Position numbers and translations under genes: made by a program | From: Thermoplasmatota archaeon | Lineage (GTDB): Archaea > Thermoplasmatota > Penumbrarchaeia > Penumbrarchaeales > Penumbrarchaeaceae | Assembly (NCBI GenBank): GCA_029762535.1 | Contig: JARVGK010000024.1 | Coordinates: 1-44,677, forward strand | Length of the DNA stretch: 44,677 nucleotides | Reading direction: 5' to 3' | The notes under the pieces: generated by a model | Told to the model about the DNA's origin: nothing | The model's input: the letters and a program-made list of their open reading frames with translations, nothing else | Databases searched by the model: none | In this document: positions 1 to 8,349 of the stretch, in pieces | Position numbering within the stretch: the stretch's first letter is position 1 | Layout of the letters: each line of letters begins with the position of its first letter

Positions 1-77
1 ACGCTCCACCTCGGATTGTTTACCAAGTGTTTCGTCGTAGTTGAAGGCTCGGAGGTCCCCGACGAACTTGAAGTTCA
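1..77. repeat. Perfect 77-bp direct repeat, copy 1 (copy 2 at 4760-4836)
   Basis: Base-by-base identity from ACGCTCCACC to GAAGTTCA; first mismatch at 78/4837. Confidence 0.95.
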
Positions 78-2049
78 GTTTGACCTTGCCGATCTCCTCG
101 GAGGACGTGAACACTATGTGGGCGATCTTTATGGTGGTCTCGAGCTCCACTGGGAACTCCACCGTCATGTTCAGAGTGAACTTCACCCAGATCTCGATGA
201 TCATCGAGGATTCAACGAAGTCGTAGCTGATGTTGAGCCGGGACATGTCCATGTGCATAACGTTCAGCGGATCGCTGATCTTTTTCACTCCTTCATCCGG
301 GGTATACTCGTACTCCGCCGAATAGAACCCGATGTTGAACTTGAATGTCACGGATTCGGTGGCGGTGGGGTCCCATCTGTTGATGACGCTCGCCTTCATA
401 CCGTAATACCGGTACTCCCCGTAGAAGGTCTTCCCGTCGGGCAGGTCCCCGGACAATACCTCCACTGGTCCGGGCTCGACCATGTTGAAGGGCGTGACGC
501 CGAACACCGCTCCCGCTGAGTATTTATTCCCGGGATTGTACATCGAGTCCGATATGAAGATCTCCTCGAGCCCGTCGCCGTCCCGGTCCCAGAACTGTAG
601 CTGCCCGTAGTTCGGATAATAATAGTAATAGTAGAAGGAATAGTACCCCGGACCTCCCCATGATTGGGAACCGCCGGATGGACCTTTTATGATCAACGTC
701 GAGATCTCCTCCACGTCGTGGGGGCCCTTGGTGTTGTTGAAGTCATCGTGTAGTATCACATAGACCTTCTTGGGGTTGGAGCACCCTATCATGAGGTCGA
801 GCTTGCCGTCCCCGTCGTAATCGCCCAGAGTGTGGGATCCGAAGTATGCGTTGTAATAGTAAACGGTCCCAGTTATCGCCGATGTGTAGAAAGCGTTGTC
901 GTACACGCTCGACTGGTACAGGTTCAGGGATCCCGTACTGAAAGAGGTCTTACCATTGACTATGTATACCCAACCTTTCTGATAGGCCGGGGCGCCTATG
1001 AAGAGGTCCGCAAGGCCGTCCCCGTTGTAGTCCTGTACGTTGACGGGGTAGCCGCCCGCGTACGATCCAGTCAATTTGAACAGCTGCCACTGGGCGTAGG
1101 AGCTCGTTGACCCAGCCGTCAAATACGAGATGCTTCTAATGCTGGATTCTGGATAGAATACTATGGCCGGGGACCCGCTCTGGTATGGGGTGGCGAAGAC
1201 CACCTCGTCCTGCCCGTCGCCGTTCATATCCCCCGTGCTCACACCGCTGCCGCCTATGTAAAGGCTGTATATCTCGAGGTCCCTGGTGGAGTGAGCTTTC
1301 GACCCGTTGAGGTCGCTGGCGCCGTACCATATGAAGGCCCTGTGGTTGCCGGGAGCGCACAGGATGACGTCATCGTAGCCGTCGCCGTCGATATCCCCTA
1401 TACCGGTGCCCTTTCCCATATAGTTCCCTGATGTCGTATGTCTGAAGCTAACGTCCGCGTTCTGGAGTGGGACCGATGACCGGCTATTCCAGTGCGGCCC
1501 TCCGTAGAACAGGTATCCATGACCATACTGGTAGTAAGCGGAGCCAACGAGGATGTCGTCGTATCCGTCTCCGTTGACATCGCCCACGGCGATGTCGGTA
1601 CCGAAGTAGTAATTATCGTAATCTCCGCCGAAGTTGATGTTCCACCGAGCAGAGCTCGATGTGCTCTGAAGGTCCGGGAACATCACCTGGGTCGCCCCGT
1701 CGAAAACCACGACGGACTGCCCGTAGAAGTACGGTCTCGTTACCGCGAGGTCCAGCACTCCGTCGCCATTCAGGTCGAGCTTGAGCATCTTGGCCCCGAA
1801 GTACTCGTACATGTTGCCCTCGATCAGGAACTCGGCCGGGTTCTCGCTGAGATCGTGCTCGCCCTCCCTCTGCCCGGGCTTAAGGGCGGTTGGCTGGAGT
1901 TCCATGATCTGGGGGCCTGTCCCATCGGCCTCCGATATCGCCGGGACGCCGACGATGGCCACGAAGGCCATGGCGACCATCATAAGGATCGTCATGCCGC
2001 ATACTAATCTCTTGTTACGAGTTCCTGCCTCATACGGTAAAATATCCAT
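1..2049 (-). CDS. FG-GAP (integrin-alpha-like beta-propeller) secreted/surface protein, paralog 1; 3' end lies outside the window
   Basis: Manually translated, 683 open codons from ATG at 2049: MDILPYEAGTRNKRLVCGMTILMMVAMAFVAIVGVPAISEA... SD GAGGTGGT lies at 2054-2061. It has seven DxxxDG loops (DLNGDGVLD, DVNGDGYDD, DIDGDGYDD, DMNGDGQDE, DYNGDGLAD, DYDGDGKLD, DRDGDGLEE) and is colinear with 2477..6826. It is absent from the ORF track because no stop lies in the window. Confidence 0.93.
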   Translation of the reverse strand, partial: MDILPYEAGTRNKRLVCGMTILMMVAMAFVAIVGVPAISEADGTGPQIMELQPTALKPGQREGEHDLSENPAEFLIEGNMYEYFGAKMLKLDLNGDGVLDLAVTRPYFYGQSVVVFDGATQVMFPDLQSTSSSARWNINFGGDYDNYYFGTDIAVGDVNGDGYDDILVGSAYYQYGHGYLFYGGPHWNSRSSVPLQNADVSFRHTTSGNYMGKGTGIGDIDGDGYDDVILCAPGNHRAFIWYGASDLNGSKAHSTRDLEIYSLYIGGSGVSTGDMNGDGQDEVVFATPYQSGSPAIVFYPESSIRSISYLTAGSTSSYAQWQLFKLTGSYAGGYPVNVQDYNGDGLADLFIGAPAYQKGWVYIVNGKTSFSTGSLNLYQSSVYDNAFYTSAITGTVYYYNAYFGSHTLGDYDGDGKLDLMIGCSNPKKVYVILHDDFNNTKGPHDVEEISTLIIKGPSGGSQSWGGPGYYSFYYYYYYPNYGQLQFWDRDGDGLEEIFISDSMYNPGNKYSAGAVFGVTPFNMVEPGPVEVLSGDLPDGKTFYGEYRYYGMKASVINRWDPTATESVTFKFNIGFYSAEYEYTPDEGVKKISDPLNVMHMDMSRLNISYDFVESSMIIEIWVKFTLNMTVEFPVELETTIKIAHIVFTSSEEIGKVKLNFKFVGDLRAFNYDETLGKQSEVER
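1964..2006. repeat. 43-bp near-perfect direct repeat in signal-peptide coding DNA, copy 1 (copy 2 at 6735-6777)
   Basis: AAGGCCATGGCGACCATCATAAGGATCGTCATGCC(G/A)CATACTA, 42/43 identical. Confidence 0.92.
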
Positions 2050-2110
2050 CTATACCACCTCTATCAGGTATCGAGAATTGCTTTTTTGCCCTTGCGTTGA
2101 AGATACTTAC

Positions 2111-2126
2111 TATTATATAAAAGTTT
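2111..2126 (-). promoter_or_regulatory. Putative BRE/TATA promoter of FG-GAP paralog 1
   Basis: Minus strand reads AAACTTTTATATAATA about 60 nt upstream of the ATG; resembles AAACTTTTAAATA upstream of rps19e. Confidence 0.6.
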
Positions 2127-2476
2127 ATTGTGATGGGCTTTTTCCTCTCTTTATAATTTCCGGAAGCCAGGTTTTTTATCAGGACCCAAGGGTTCCGTGT
2201 CTTCGTTGGAGAAAAAGGCCATGTTCTATTCCTTTTTCCGAAACGGTCACAGAAGGAGAACACGGACATATCCGTGTGAGTTAAATCCAAGCGAATGACC
2301 TCAACTCGTCCTTTTACCTATCGACCAACCGGTTCATGCAAGATATGGCAACTATACCTTCTCGGATCGCTCGCCCAAGATCACATCATGTGCCCTATTA
2401 CAAGAAGCCTAAATGGCTCTACAATATGCCTCACCCTTGGCGATATGGATGCTATGTTTCGATCCAACCATAATAA

Positions 2477-5400
2477 TTATCGACCACCGGACGGGGTATT
2501 GACGTTTGCGTTATCAACAACCGGCTGGGAGGGGGCCGGAGCGGCCACCCAACCCTCGGCTGGGGCCGGGGATACGGGCTGGGCGGTCATGGGAGCCGCA
2601 ACGGGCTCCGCTGCCGGAAGGTCCGATCCCCCGGGCTCGGCCGATGGAAGAGCGAGAGTGGCCTTTCCCTCAGACGCGGCCTTGAGCGCCTGAAGTTTCT
2701 GGTTGCCTCCGCCCTCGAGAAGCTGCTGCACCCGAAGCTCCTCCTCCTGGGCCGCCTTGACACCCTCCTCATCGACCTTCCTCTTCATCGCCATGGAGTT
2801 GGCTGTGAGGATGACGATAAGGAGTATCATAACAACTATGGCCAGGACGATCAGGACAACAAGAAGGATATCCAGAGTGTCCTTGGCCCCGGATCCCTCC
2901 CCCACATAACGCGGGAAGTCCAAAGGATCGGTGGGGTTCGTTCCCTGAAGATACTCCTCGAAGTCGGTATATCCGTCCCCGTCGAAGTCGTTGGCCTCGG
3001 TCACCTGGACCAGCCTATTGGAATACTGGTCCTTGACCATCGTCCAAACCTCATCCTTGCTCTTGCCCTCCATTGAGGAGGTGTAGGTCGGATCACCGTT
3101 CGAGGGATCGTCCCAGCCAAGGTTGTAGATGTACTCGAAGAGATTGGGCATGCCGTCACCGTCAGTGTCCTCATCGGAAAGCCAGATCGGAATTATCCTG
3201 GCTACGACCTCCACATTCACCGGTCCGAACTCCACAGTGTGTATGCCGTCGGACACACTCACAGTGATCGCATGAGAGCCCGGCTCCAATATCTGATCGA
3301 ACCTCGAGGGGTCGGACAAACCTTCTCCAAGCATCTTCTCGGTGGTCTCGCCATCGACAGTATGGAGATCGATCCATGAGAACGTCAGAGCATCACCGTC
3401 CATGTCCCGGGTCATCCGAGCATCGAAGCGAATGGATGTGCCCTCAAGGACCTCAAGACCGTCCTCGGGAGAGGAGACCACGGGGGCCGGAGCGGTGTTG
3501 ATAAGGATGTTGTACGCCTGAGAGTAGCTCGTCGGGTTCCCGGCCATGTCCCTGGCCCTGAACTGCAGGTAGTTCCTGTCACCCTGGGCGAACTCGATCC
3601 CGGGAAGGGTCACCAGACCCTCGGAGGTGATGGCCAAAGAACCCCTGCCCATCCACTCAGCCGTCTCCAGATCGGCCCTGCCTCCAGTGGAAATGCGGTA
3701 TTCCACGGTAAAGGGATCCACGCCCGAGTACATGTCGACGGCCTCGAAGGTCGCCACGACATTACCGTCAGGGATCCATATGCCCTCCCAGGCTTCCTCA
3801 CCGTTGAGCCTCAAGTTCTCGTAAACGACGCCGGATACGTCGACCTTCACCGTTACGGGATCGCTCTCGCCGGAGTTCCCCGCCTCATCCGTGGCCCTGA
3901 ACTTGACCATATTGTCCGATCCTTCAATAAGAACGGGATTGATGAGCGCATCAAGGTCCTTGGCGTTGAGCATCATACCCGCACTGGACCAGGGGGACCA
4001 GGTCACGCCGGCGTCCAGGGATACCGAGTATTCAACGGTCGCGCCCACGACGAACCTTCCACCTATGTCAGTGATAGTGTAGCCCACGTCCGGTGTGAAG
4101 GTGTTGTGCCATGTGTCGGATGAGGGAACGGGATTCGTGAAGGCGACGCCCTCCTTCTCGACGAGTATCGTTCCATATCCCCAGGGTCCGATGTGACCGA
4201 CCCTGTCGAGAGCACGTATCCCTACGGTGATGAGCCCGGAGGAGGGGGTCGTCACCTTGATGAAATTGTTCGTGGTGGTAAGGGTCTCGTCCACCCCGGT
4301 CACCTCCACCTCGTAATGGGATATGCCGCTGTTGTATTCGGCCGGTACCGTCCAGGTCACGTAGAGCGTCCCATCGTTGTCCACGATGGTGTTCTCATCG
4401 GTGAAGCTGTTGGACCGGACCCTGATCCCCGAGGGCGCGCTCGGGGTGTCCACATCTATATTGACGTAGAAGCCGGGTATAGAATTGAGAACCAACGTCG
4501 ATGTGAGCCCGACCTGTCTGAACTGATACTCGACCGTTAGAGGCAGGTCCCCTCCGTGCATGATTAGCTCGAAGTTCCTTCCCGAGGACGAATCGTCGAC
4601 GACCTCCTCGTTCAGCGAGCTCGTCCCGACGATACTGAAGAGATGGTTCCCCGGGGAATACGGTTCTACACCGTGATCTTTGAGGAAGTTCTCGGTGCCG
4701 TTATAGACGAGGCGCGGACCTTCGAACATTATCAGCTGCCCGTCTATGAACCAGTCACCACGCTCCACCTCGGATTGTTTACCAAGTGTTTCGTCGTAGT
4801 TGAAGGCTCGGAGGTCCCCGACGAACTTGAAGTTCAACTTCACCACGCCTATCCCCTGAGATGAAGAGAATACTATATGAGCGGCCTTTATGGTTGTTTC
4901 GAGCTCTATGGGGAACTCCACCGTCATGTTAAGCGTGAACTTCACCCAGAACTCGATGATCATCGAGGATTCAACGAGATCGTAGCTGATATTGAGCCTG
5001 GACAGGTCCATATGCATGATGTTCAGGGGGTCCGATACCTTTCTCATCCCCTCATCCGGTGTCCACTCGAAAGCGGCCGCATAGAATCCCATCTTGAACC
5101 TGAACCCTATGAACTCGGTCGCTTTTGGATCCCATTTGTTGATGACGCTTGCTTTCAGACCATAATAGCGGTATTCCCCATAGAATGTCCTCCCATCTGG
5201 GAGATCTCCAGACATTATCTCAATAGGACCTGGGGTTATCATGTCATATGATGTGATCCCATATATCACACCCGCTGAATAATCAGAACCATCAGTGCGC
5301 TGGTAATCGGAAACGAATATCTCCTCGGTCCCATCACCGTCCCGGTCCCAGAAGATCAAGGGTCTTTGTCCGCAGTAGTAATAGTAATATGCGGCATAAT

Positions 5401-6826
5401 ATCCAGGTCCCGCGAAATATGCCGTGCTTCCGCTCGGGGCTTTGATAGTGAGGGTCGAGACCTCCGTAAGGTCGTGCAATCCTGTGTTGGTCGTAAGGAA
5501 ATCGCCCAGGACCAGATACACTCTGCCAGGGTTTGAGCATCCGATGATCATATCTTTAAATCCATCCCCGTCGTAATCACCGAACGCATGGGTCCCAAAT
5601 GCCCCTGGGGCATATGCTCCAGATGTGACCTCCGAAGAATGGAACGCCAGATCATAAACTTGATTGATGTTGAAGGTCCCCGTATTGAAACTGGATTTCC
5701 CAAAAATGATATAGACTTTCGGAGGTGATATTCCTGGTGAGATCAAGGTGAGATCAGCTTTTCCATCCCCGTCTATATCCTCCAATGAAGCTTGATAACC
5801 ATGAGGATACGAACCCCCGCTATTGTCAGAAAATGTCTGCCATCTGATATAACTGGTCGTGGTGCCCACTGTAGCACTTGATATGCTACGTATCGAAGAT
5901 GTTGGATACATCACGTATGTCCTCTGTCCATAAGGTGATGCAAAAGCAACATCATCCCTGCCATCACCATCGAAATCCCCTGTGGACATACCCTTGCCAC
6001 CAATGTAGCTACCTCCGGTAAGGTATAGATCGCGATCATTGTAGCTGATCAGGCCGCTGAACCTCGTGCTTGATCCATAGAAAATATACACTCTGTTGTA
6101 ATATGGAATTGGGGCGATGATATCTTTGTAACCATCACCATCAATATCACCAAGACCAACGGATTGCCCGATATTATAGGTGGTGCTGGATTCGGTACTT
6201 CTGATCTTGGCATCCTCATCCCCATCGCCCAATCTCGAGCGGTTGTTCCAGTGGGAACCACCGTAGAAGATGTAGACATGGCCATAATAGTTGTATGTGG
6301 ATCCGGTGTATTCATACTGGTATTGCGACCCTATCACCAGATCATCTACCCCATCACCATCTATATCGCCCACATCGATACCGGATCCGAAATAATAGTT
6401 CATGCTTGGATAGTAATCTATCACCCATCTAGCATCGCCGGATTTCGGGTTCAGGTCCGGATACATGACCTGTGTGGCTCCGTCGAATATCAGAACCCTA
6501 CCCCGATAATGTCCTGTAGCGATAAGGTCGAGATGACCATCGTTGTTGATATCCGCTTTCAGCATATGCTGGCCAAAGAAATTATAGCTCTCGCCTTTTA
6601 TCATATATTCGGGAGGGTTTTGGCTTAGGTCATGCTCTCCTGTTCTCTGTCCAGGTCTGACAGCTGCAGGTTTGTGGTCAAGTGTCCCGATCGTTTCAGC
6701 CTCCGAGACCGCCGGTACACTGACGATCGCGACAAAGGCCATGGCGACCATCATAAGGATCGTCATGCCACATACTATCTCCTTGCTACCAACTCCATTT
6801 TTATACTTCAAACTCCCCATGAACAT
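2477..6826 (-). CDS. Large membrane-anchored FG-GAP beta-propeller surface protein, paralog 2: propeller, Ig/FnIII/PKD-like stalk, DxDGDG Ca-binding repeats, TM, Pro/Ala-rich tail
   Basis: 1449 aa with signal peptide and seven DxxxDG loops. FnIII-like segment (PSAPSGI..VTWTVP..SGISHYEV..VRALDRVGHIG-like), DTDGDGMPNLFEY and DFDGDGYTDFEEYLQGTNP repeats, TM ILLVVLIVLAIVVMILLIVIL. SD spacing suggests the true start may be ATG at 6820. Confidence 0.93.
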   Translation of the reverse strand: MFMGSLKYKNGVGSKEIVCGMTILMMVAMAFVAIVSVPAVSEAETIGTLDHKPAAVRPGQRTGEHDLSQNPPEYMIKGESYNFFGQHMLKADINNDGHLDLIATGHYRGRVLIFDGATQVMYPDLNPKSGDARWVIDYYPSMNYYFGSGIDVGDIDGDGVDDLVIGSQYQYEYTGSTYNYYGHVYIFYGGSHWNNRSRLGDGDEDAKIRSTESSTTYNIGQSVGLGDIDGDGYKDIIAPIPYYNRVYIFYGSSTRFSGLISYNDRDLYLTGGSYIGGKGMSTGDFDGDGRDDVAFASPYGQRTYVMYPTSSIRSISSATVGTTTSYIRWQTFSDNSGGSYPHGYQASLEDIDGDGKADLTLISPGISPPKVYIIFGKSSFNTGTFNINQVYDLAFHSSEVTSGAYAPGAFGTHAFGDYDGDGFKDMIIGCSNPGRVYLVLGDFLTTNTGLHDLTEVSTLTIKAPSGSTAYFAGPGYYAAYYYYYCGQRPLIFWDRDGDGTEEIFVSDYQRTDGSDYSAGVIYGITSYDMITPGPIEIMSGDLPDGRTFYGEYRYYGLKASVINKWDPKATEFIGFRFKMGFYAAAFEWTPDEGMRKVSDPLNIMHMDLSRLNISYDLVESSMIIEFWVKFTLNMTVEFPIELETTIKAAHIVFSSSQGIGVVKLNFKFVGDLRAFNYDETLGKQSEVERGDWFIDGQLIMFEGPRLVYNGTENFLKDHGVEPYSPGNHLFSIVGTSSLNEEVVDDSSSGRNFELIMHGGDLPLTVEYQFRQVGLTSTLVLNSIPGFYVNIDVDTPSAPSGIRVRSNSFTDENTIVDNDGTLYVTWTVPAEYNSGISHYEVEVTGVDETLTTTNNFIKVTTPSSGLITVGIRALDRVGHIGPWGYGTILVEKEGVAFTNPVPSSDTWHNTFTPDVGYTITDIGGRFVVGATVEYSVSLDAGVTWSPWSSAGMMLNAKDLDALINPVLIEGSDNMVKFRATDEAGNSGESDPVTVKVDVSGVVYENLRLNGEEAWEGIWIPDGNVVATFEAVDMYSGVDPFTVEYRISTGGRADLETAEWMGRGSLAITSEGLVTLPGIEFAQGDRNYLQFRARDMAGNPTSYSQAYNILINTAPAPVVSSPEDGLEVLEGTSIRFDARMTRDMDGDALTFSWIDLHTVDGETTEKMLGEGLSDPSRFDQILEPGSHAITVSVSDGIHTVEFGPVNVEVVARIIPIWLSDEDTDGDGMPNLFEYIYNLGWDDPSNGDPTYTSSMEGKSKDEVWTMVKDQYSNRLVQVTEANDFDGDGYTDFEEYLQGTNPTDPLDFPRYVGEGSGAKDTLDILLVVLIVLAIVVMILLIVILTANSMAMKRKVDEEGVKAAQEEELRVQQLLEGGGNQKLQALKAASEGKATLALPSAEPGGSDLPAAEPVAAPMTAQPVSPAPAEGWVAAPAPSQPVVDNANVNTPSGGR
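4760..4836. repeat. Perfect 77-bp direct repeat, copy 2
   Basis: Identical to 1-77. Confidence 0.95.
6735..6777. repeat. 43-bp near-perfect direct repeat, copy 2
   Basis: 42/43 identical to 1964-2006. Confidence 0.92.
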
Positions 6827-6913
6827 CGCCTCTGTTTTCCGAGATCGGCATTACTGCCAGGCCTCAATTATCACAGAACGATTATTACTACCTTTTGAGA
6901 CGCCGCTTTACCC

Positions 6914-6926
6914 ATTAATAAAGGTT
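6914..6926 (-). promoter_or_regulatory. Putative BRE/TATA promoter of FG-GAP paralog 2
   Basis: Minus strand AACCTTTATTAAT about 90 nt upstream of the start. Confidence 0.45.
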
Positions 6927-6979
6927 GTGTTGGACTGGGTTATCCGAATGATCGAATGATCAGGTATCTTCCACTTAAA

Positions 6980-7363
6980 TTATCTCGGATCATGATGAGG
7001 GCCCGAAATCGCATCGATTCGCATCAGTGGATATCCCAATTCCTCGACCCATCCCATGGACGCTTCCACCCGGATCCCCTTGTAGACAATGACGATGGAG
7101 GCGGACAGCATCCGCTCCCCCAGCGACGCGTACCCGAAATGGGAAAGACATCTGGACAGCTCCTCCCTGTCTATAATGACGGATGCTTCCACGACATAAG
7201 GCTGGGATCTCGCGCCCATCTCGATGGCCTGCTCCAGATGTGAGGCGGACCTCTCGCTGACTGGGGATCCCACGTACTGATGGAATATGGACCCGAGCTT
7301 TATCCCGGCCTCGAAGGCGGCCCTGTCCCTGTCGGTGCATCGGAAGTACCTCTCCGTCCTCAA
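6980..7363 (-). CDS. mptD: Archaeal dihydroneopterin aldolase, MptD family
   Basis: TDRDRAAFEAGIKLGSIFHQYVGSPVS...LEQAIE...QPYV...LGYPLMRI matches the family. A TTG start at 7363 overlaps the pssA stop (TTGA) with GGGGAGATGA upstream. The longer 243-aa track ORF is an upstream shadow extension. Confidence 0.85.
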   Translation of the reverse strand: MRTERYFRCTDRDRAAFEAGIKLGSIFHQYVGSPVSERSASHLEQAIEMGARSQPYVVEASVIIDREELSRCLSHFGYASLGERMLSASIVIVYKGIRVEASMGWVEELGYPLMRIDAISGPHHDPR

Positions 7364-8349
7364 GTGGTCATCTCCCCGTTCTCCTCCTCGTCCAGGGACA
7401 GCTCCCCGGCCAGCTCCATCTCCTCGAGCTCCTCCTCCATGCGCTTCGCGGCGCCCCAGACCCCGTCCCCACCGGCGGTGAGGGGGGAGAGCAGATATGC
7501 CGCAGAGCCGAACGCCCCCAGGAGGCATCCGGCGAGTCCGATGTGAGGTGAGAAATGCCCGGCGATGAGCGAAGCGATCAGAACCAGTGTGAGGACCCCG
7601 AGGAAGATCATCGAAGCACCCCTCATCCGCTTGTAACGAACGTCCGCCACCATAGCAAGGGCGCCGAAGGTCAGTATCCCAGGTACGGAGTAGGACGCCA
7701 TGACCTCCCACCCCCCTGTGAGCATGCCAGCTTCGGCCGACCAGTGATAGAGTCCGCAGAACGAGACGGCCATGAAGGCCATCGCAGGGGTTGGCAGTCC
7801 AATGAAATCTGGGAACCGGTAGCCCCGCGTGCTGAACCTGCCGAGCCTGAGTATCCCAAGAATGGATATGGAAAGCGACGCGACTACGGTAAGGACATAC
7901 TGAAGGGTGCTTTCCAGGCCTCCGTTCCCGGCCCCCTTGAACAGATTGTATAGCATGAACGCCGGAGCGATGCAGAAAGTGGTGGCGTCAGCTATAGAAT
8001 CGAGCCACTTTCCGAACCTATGAGGTGTGCCGAACCTCCTCGCCACCGGGCCGTCCAATCCGTCGAACATTATTCCTAGCAGTATCAGGACCAGCGCCGT
8101 CTTGAATGCGTCACCGCCCTCTATGGAATACATTATCGCACCCATGCCGCAGAGGAAGTTCATCAATGTCAGAACATCCGCAGGGGATATGAGGGACCTG
8201 ATGGGTTTGGGGACCAACGGCTTCCTCGGGCCCCGTCTCCTGCGGATCAGCCTTCTCCTGGAGCCGTCCTTGTGCAGGTACAGGTTGCTGGGGCTCAGCT
8301 TTCGAGGACGACCCCTGTCGTCAACGAATATACCGCGAATCCTGCTCAT
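7360..8349 (-). CDS. pssA: CDP-alcohol phosphatidyltransferase, likely archaetidylserine synthase
   Basis: Signature FDGLDGPVARR...FGKWLDSIADATTFCIAPA, plus ILRLGRF, FIGLPTP and multiple TMs. ATG 8349 overlaps the psd stop (ATGA). Confidence 0.88.
   Translation of the reverse strand: MSRIRGIFVDDRGRPRKLSPSNLYLHKDGSRRRLIRRRRGPRKPLVPKPIRSLISPADVLTLMNFLCGMGAIMYSIEGGDAFKTALVLILLGIMFDGLDGPVARRFGTPHRFGKWLDSIADATTFCIAPAFMLYNLFKGAGNGGLESTLQYVLTVVASLSISILGILRLGRFSTRGYRFPDFIGLPTPAMAFMAVSFCGLYHWSAEAGMLTGGWEVMASYSVPGILTFGALAMVADVRYKRMRGASMIFLGVLTLVLIASLIAGHFSPHIGLAGCLLGAFGSAAYLLSPLTAGGDGVWGAAKRMEEELEEMELAGELSLDEEENGEMTT

Noticed and set aside
16-2693. Plus-strand ORFs (16..519, 832..1110, 1492..2007, 1781..2284, 2295..2693)
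   Set aside because: Mostly antisense shadows of the minus-strand FG-GAP genes, with no recognisable motifs
1-6826. Diversity-generating retroelement explanation for the paralog pair (TR/VR)
   Set aside because: No reverse transcriptase is in the window, both copies are full coding genes, and differences involve all bases and indels rather than adenine-specific substitutions
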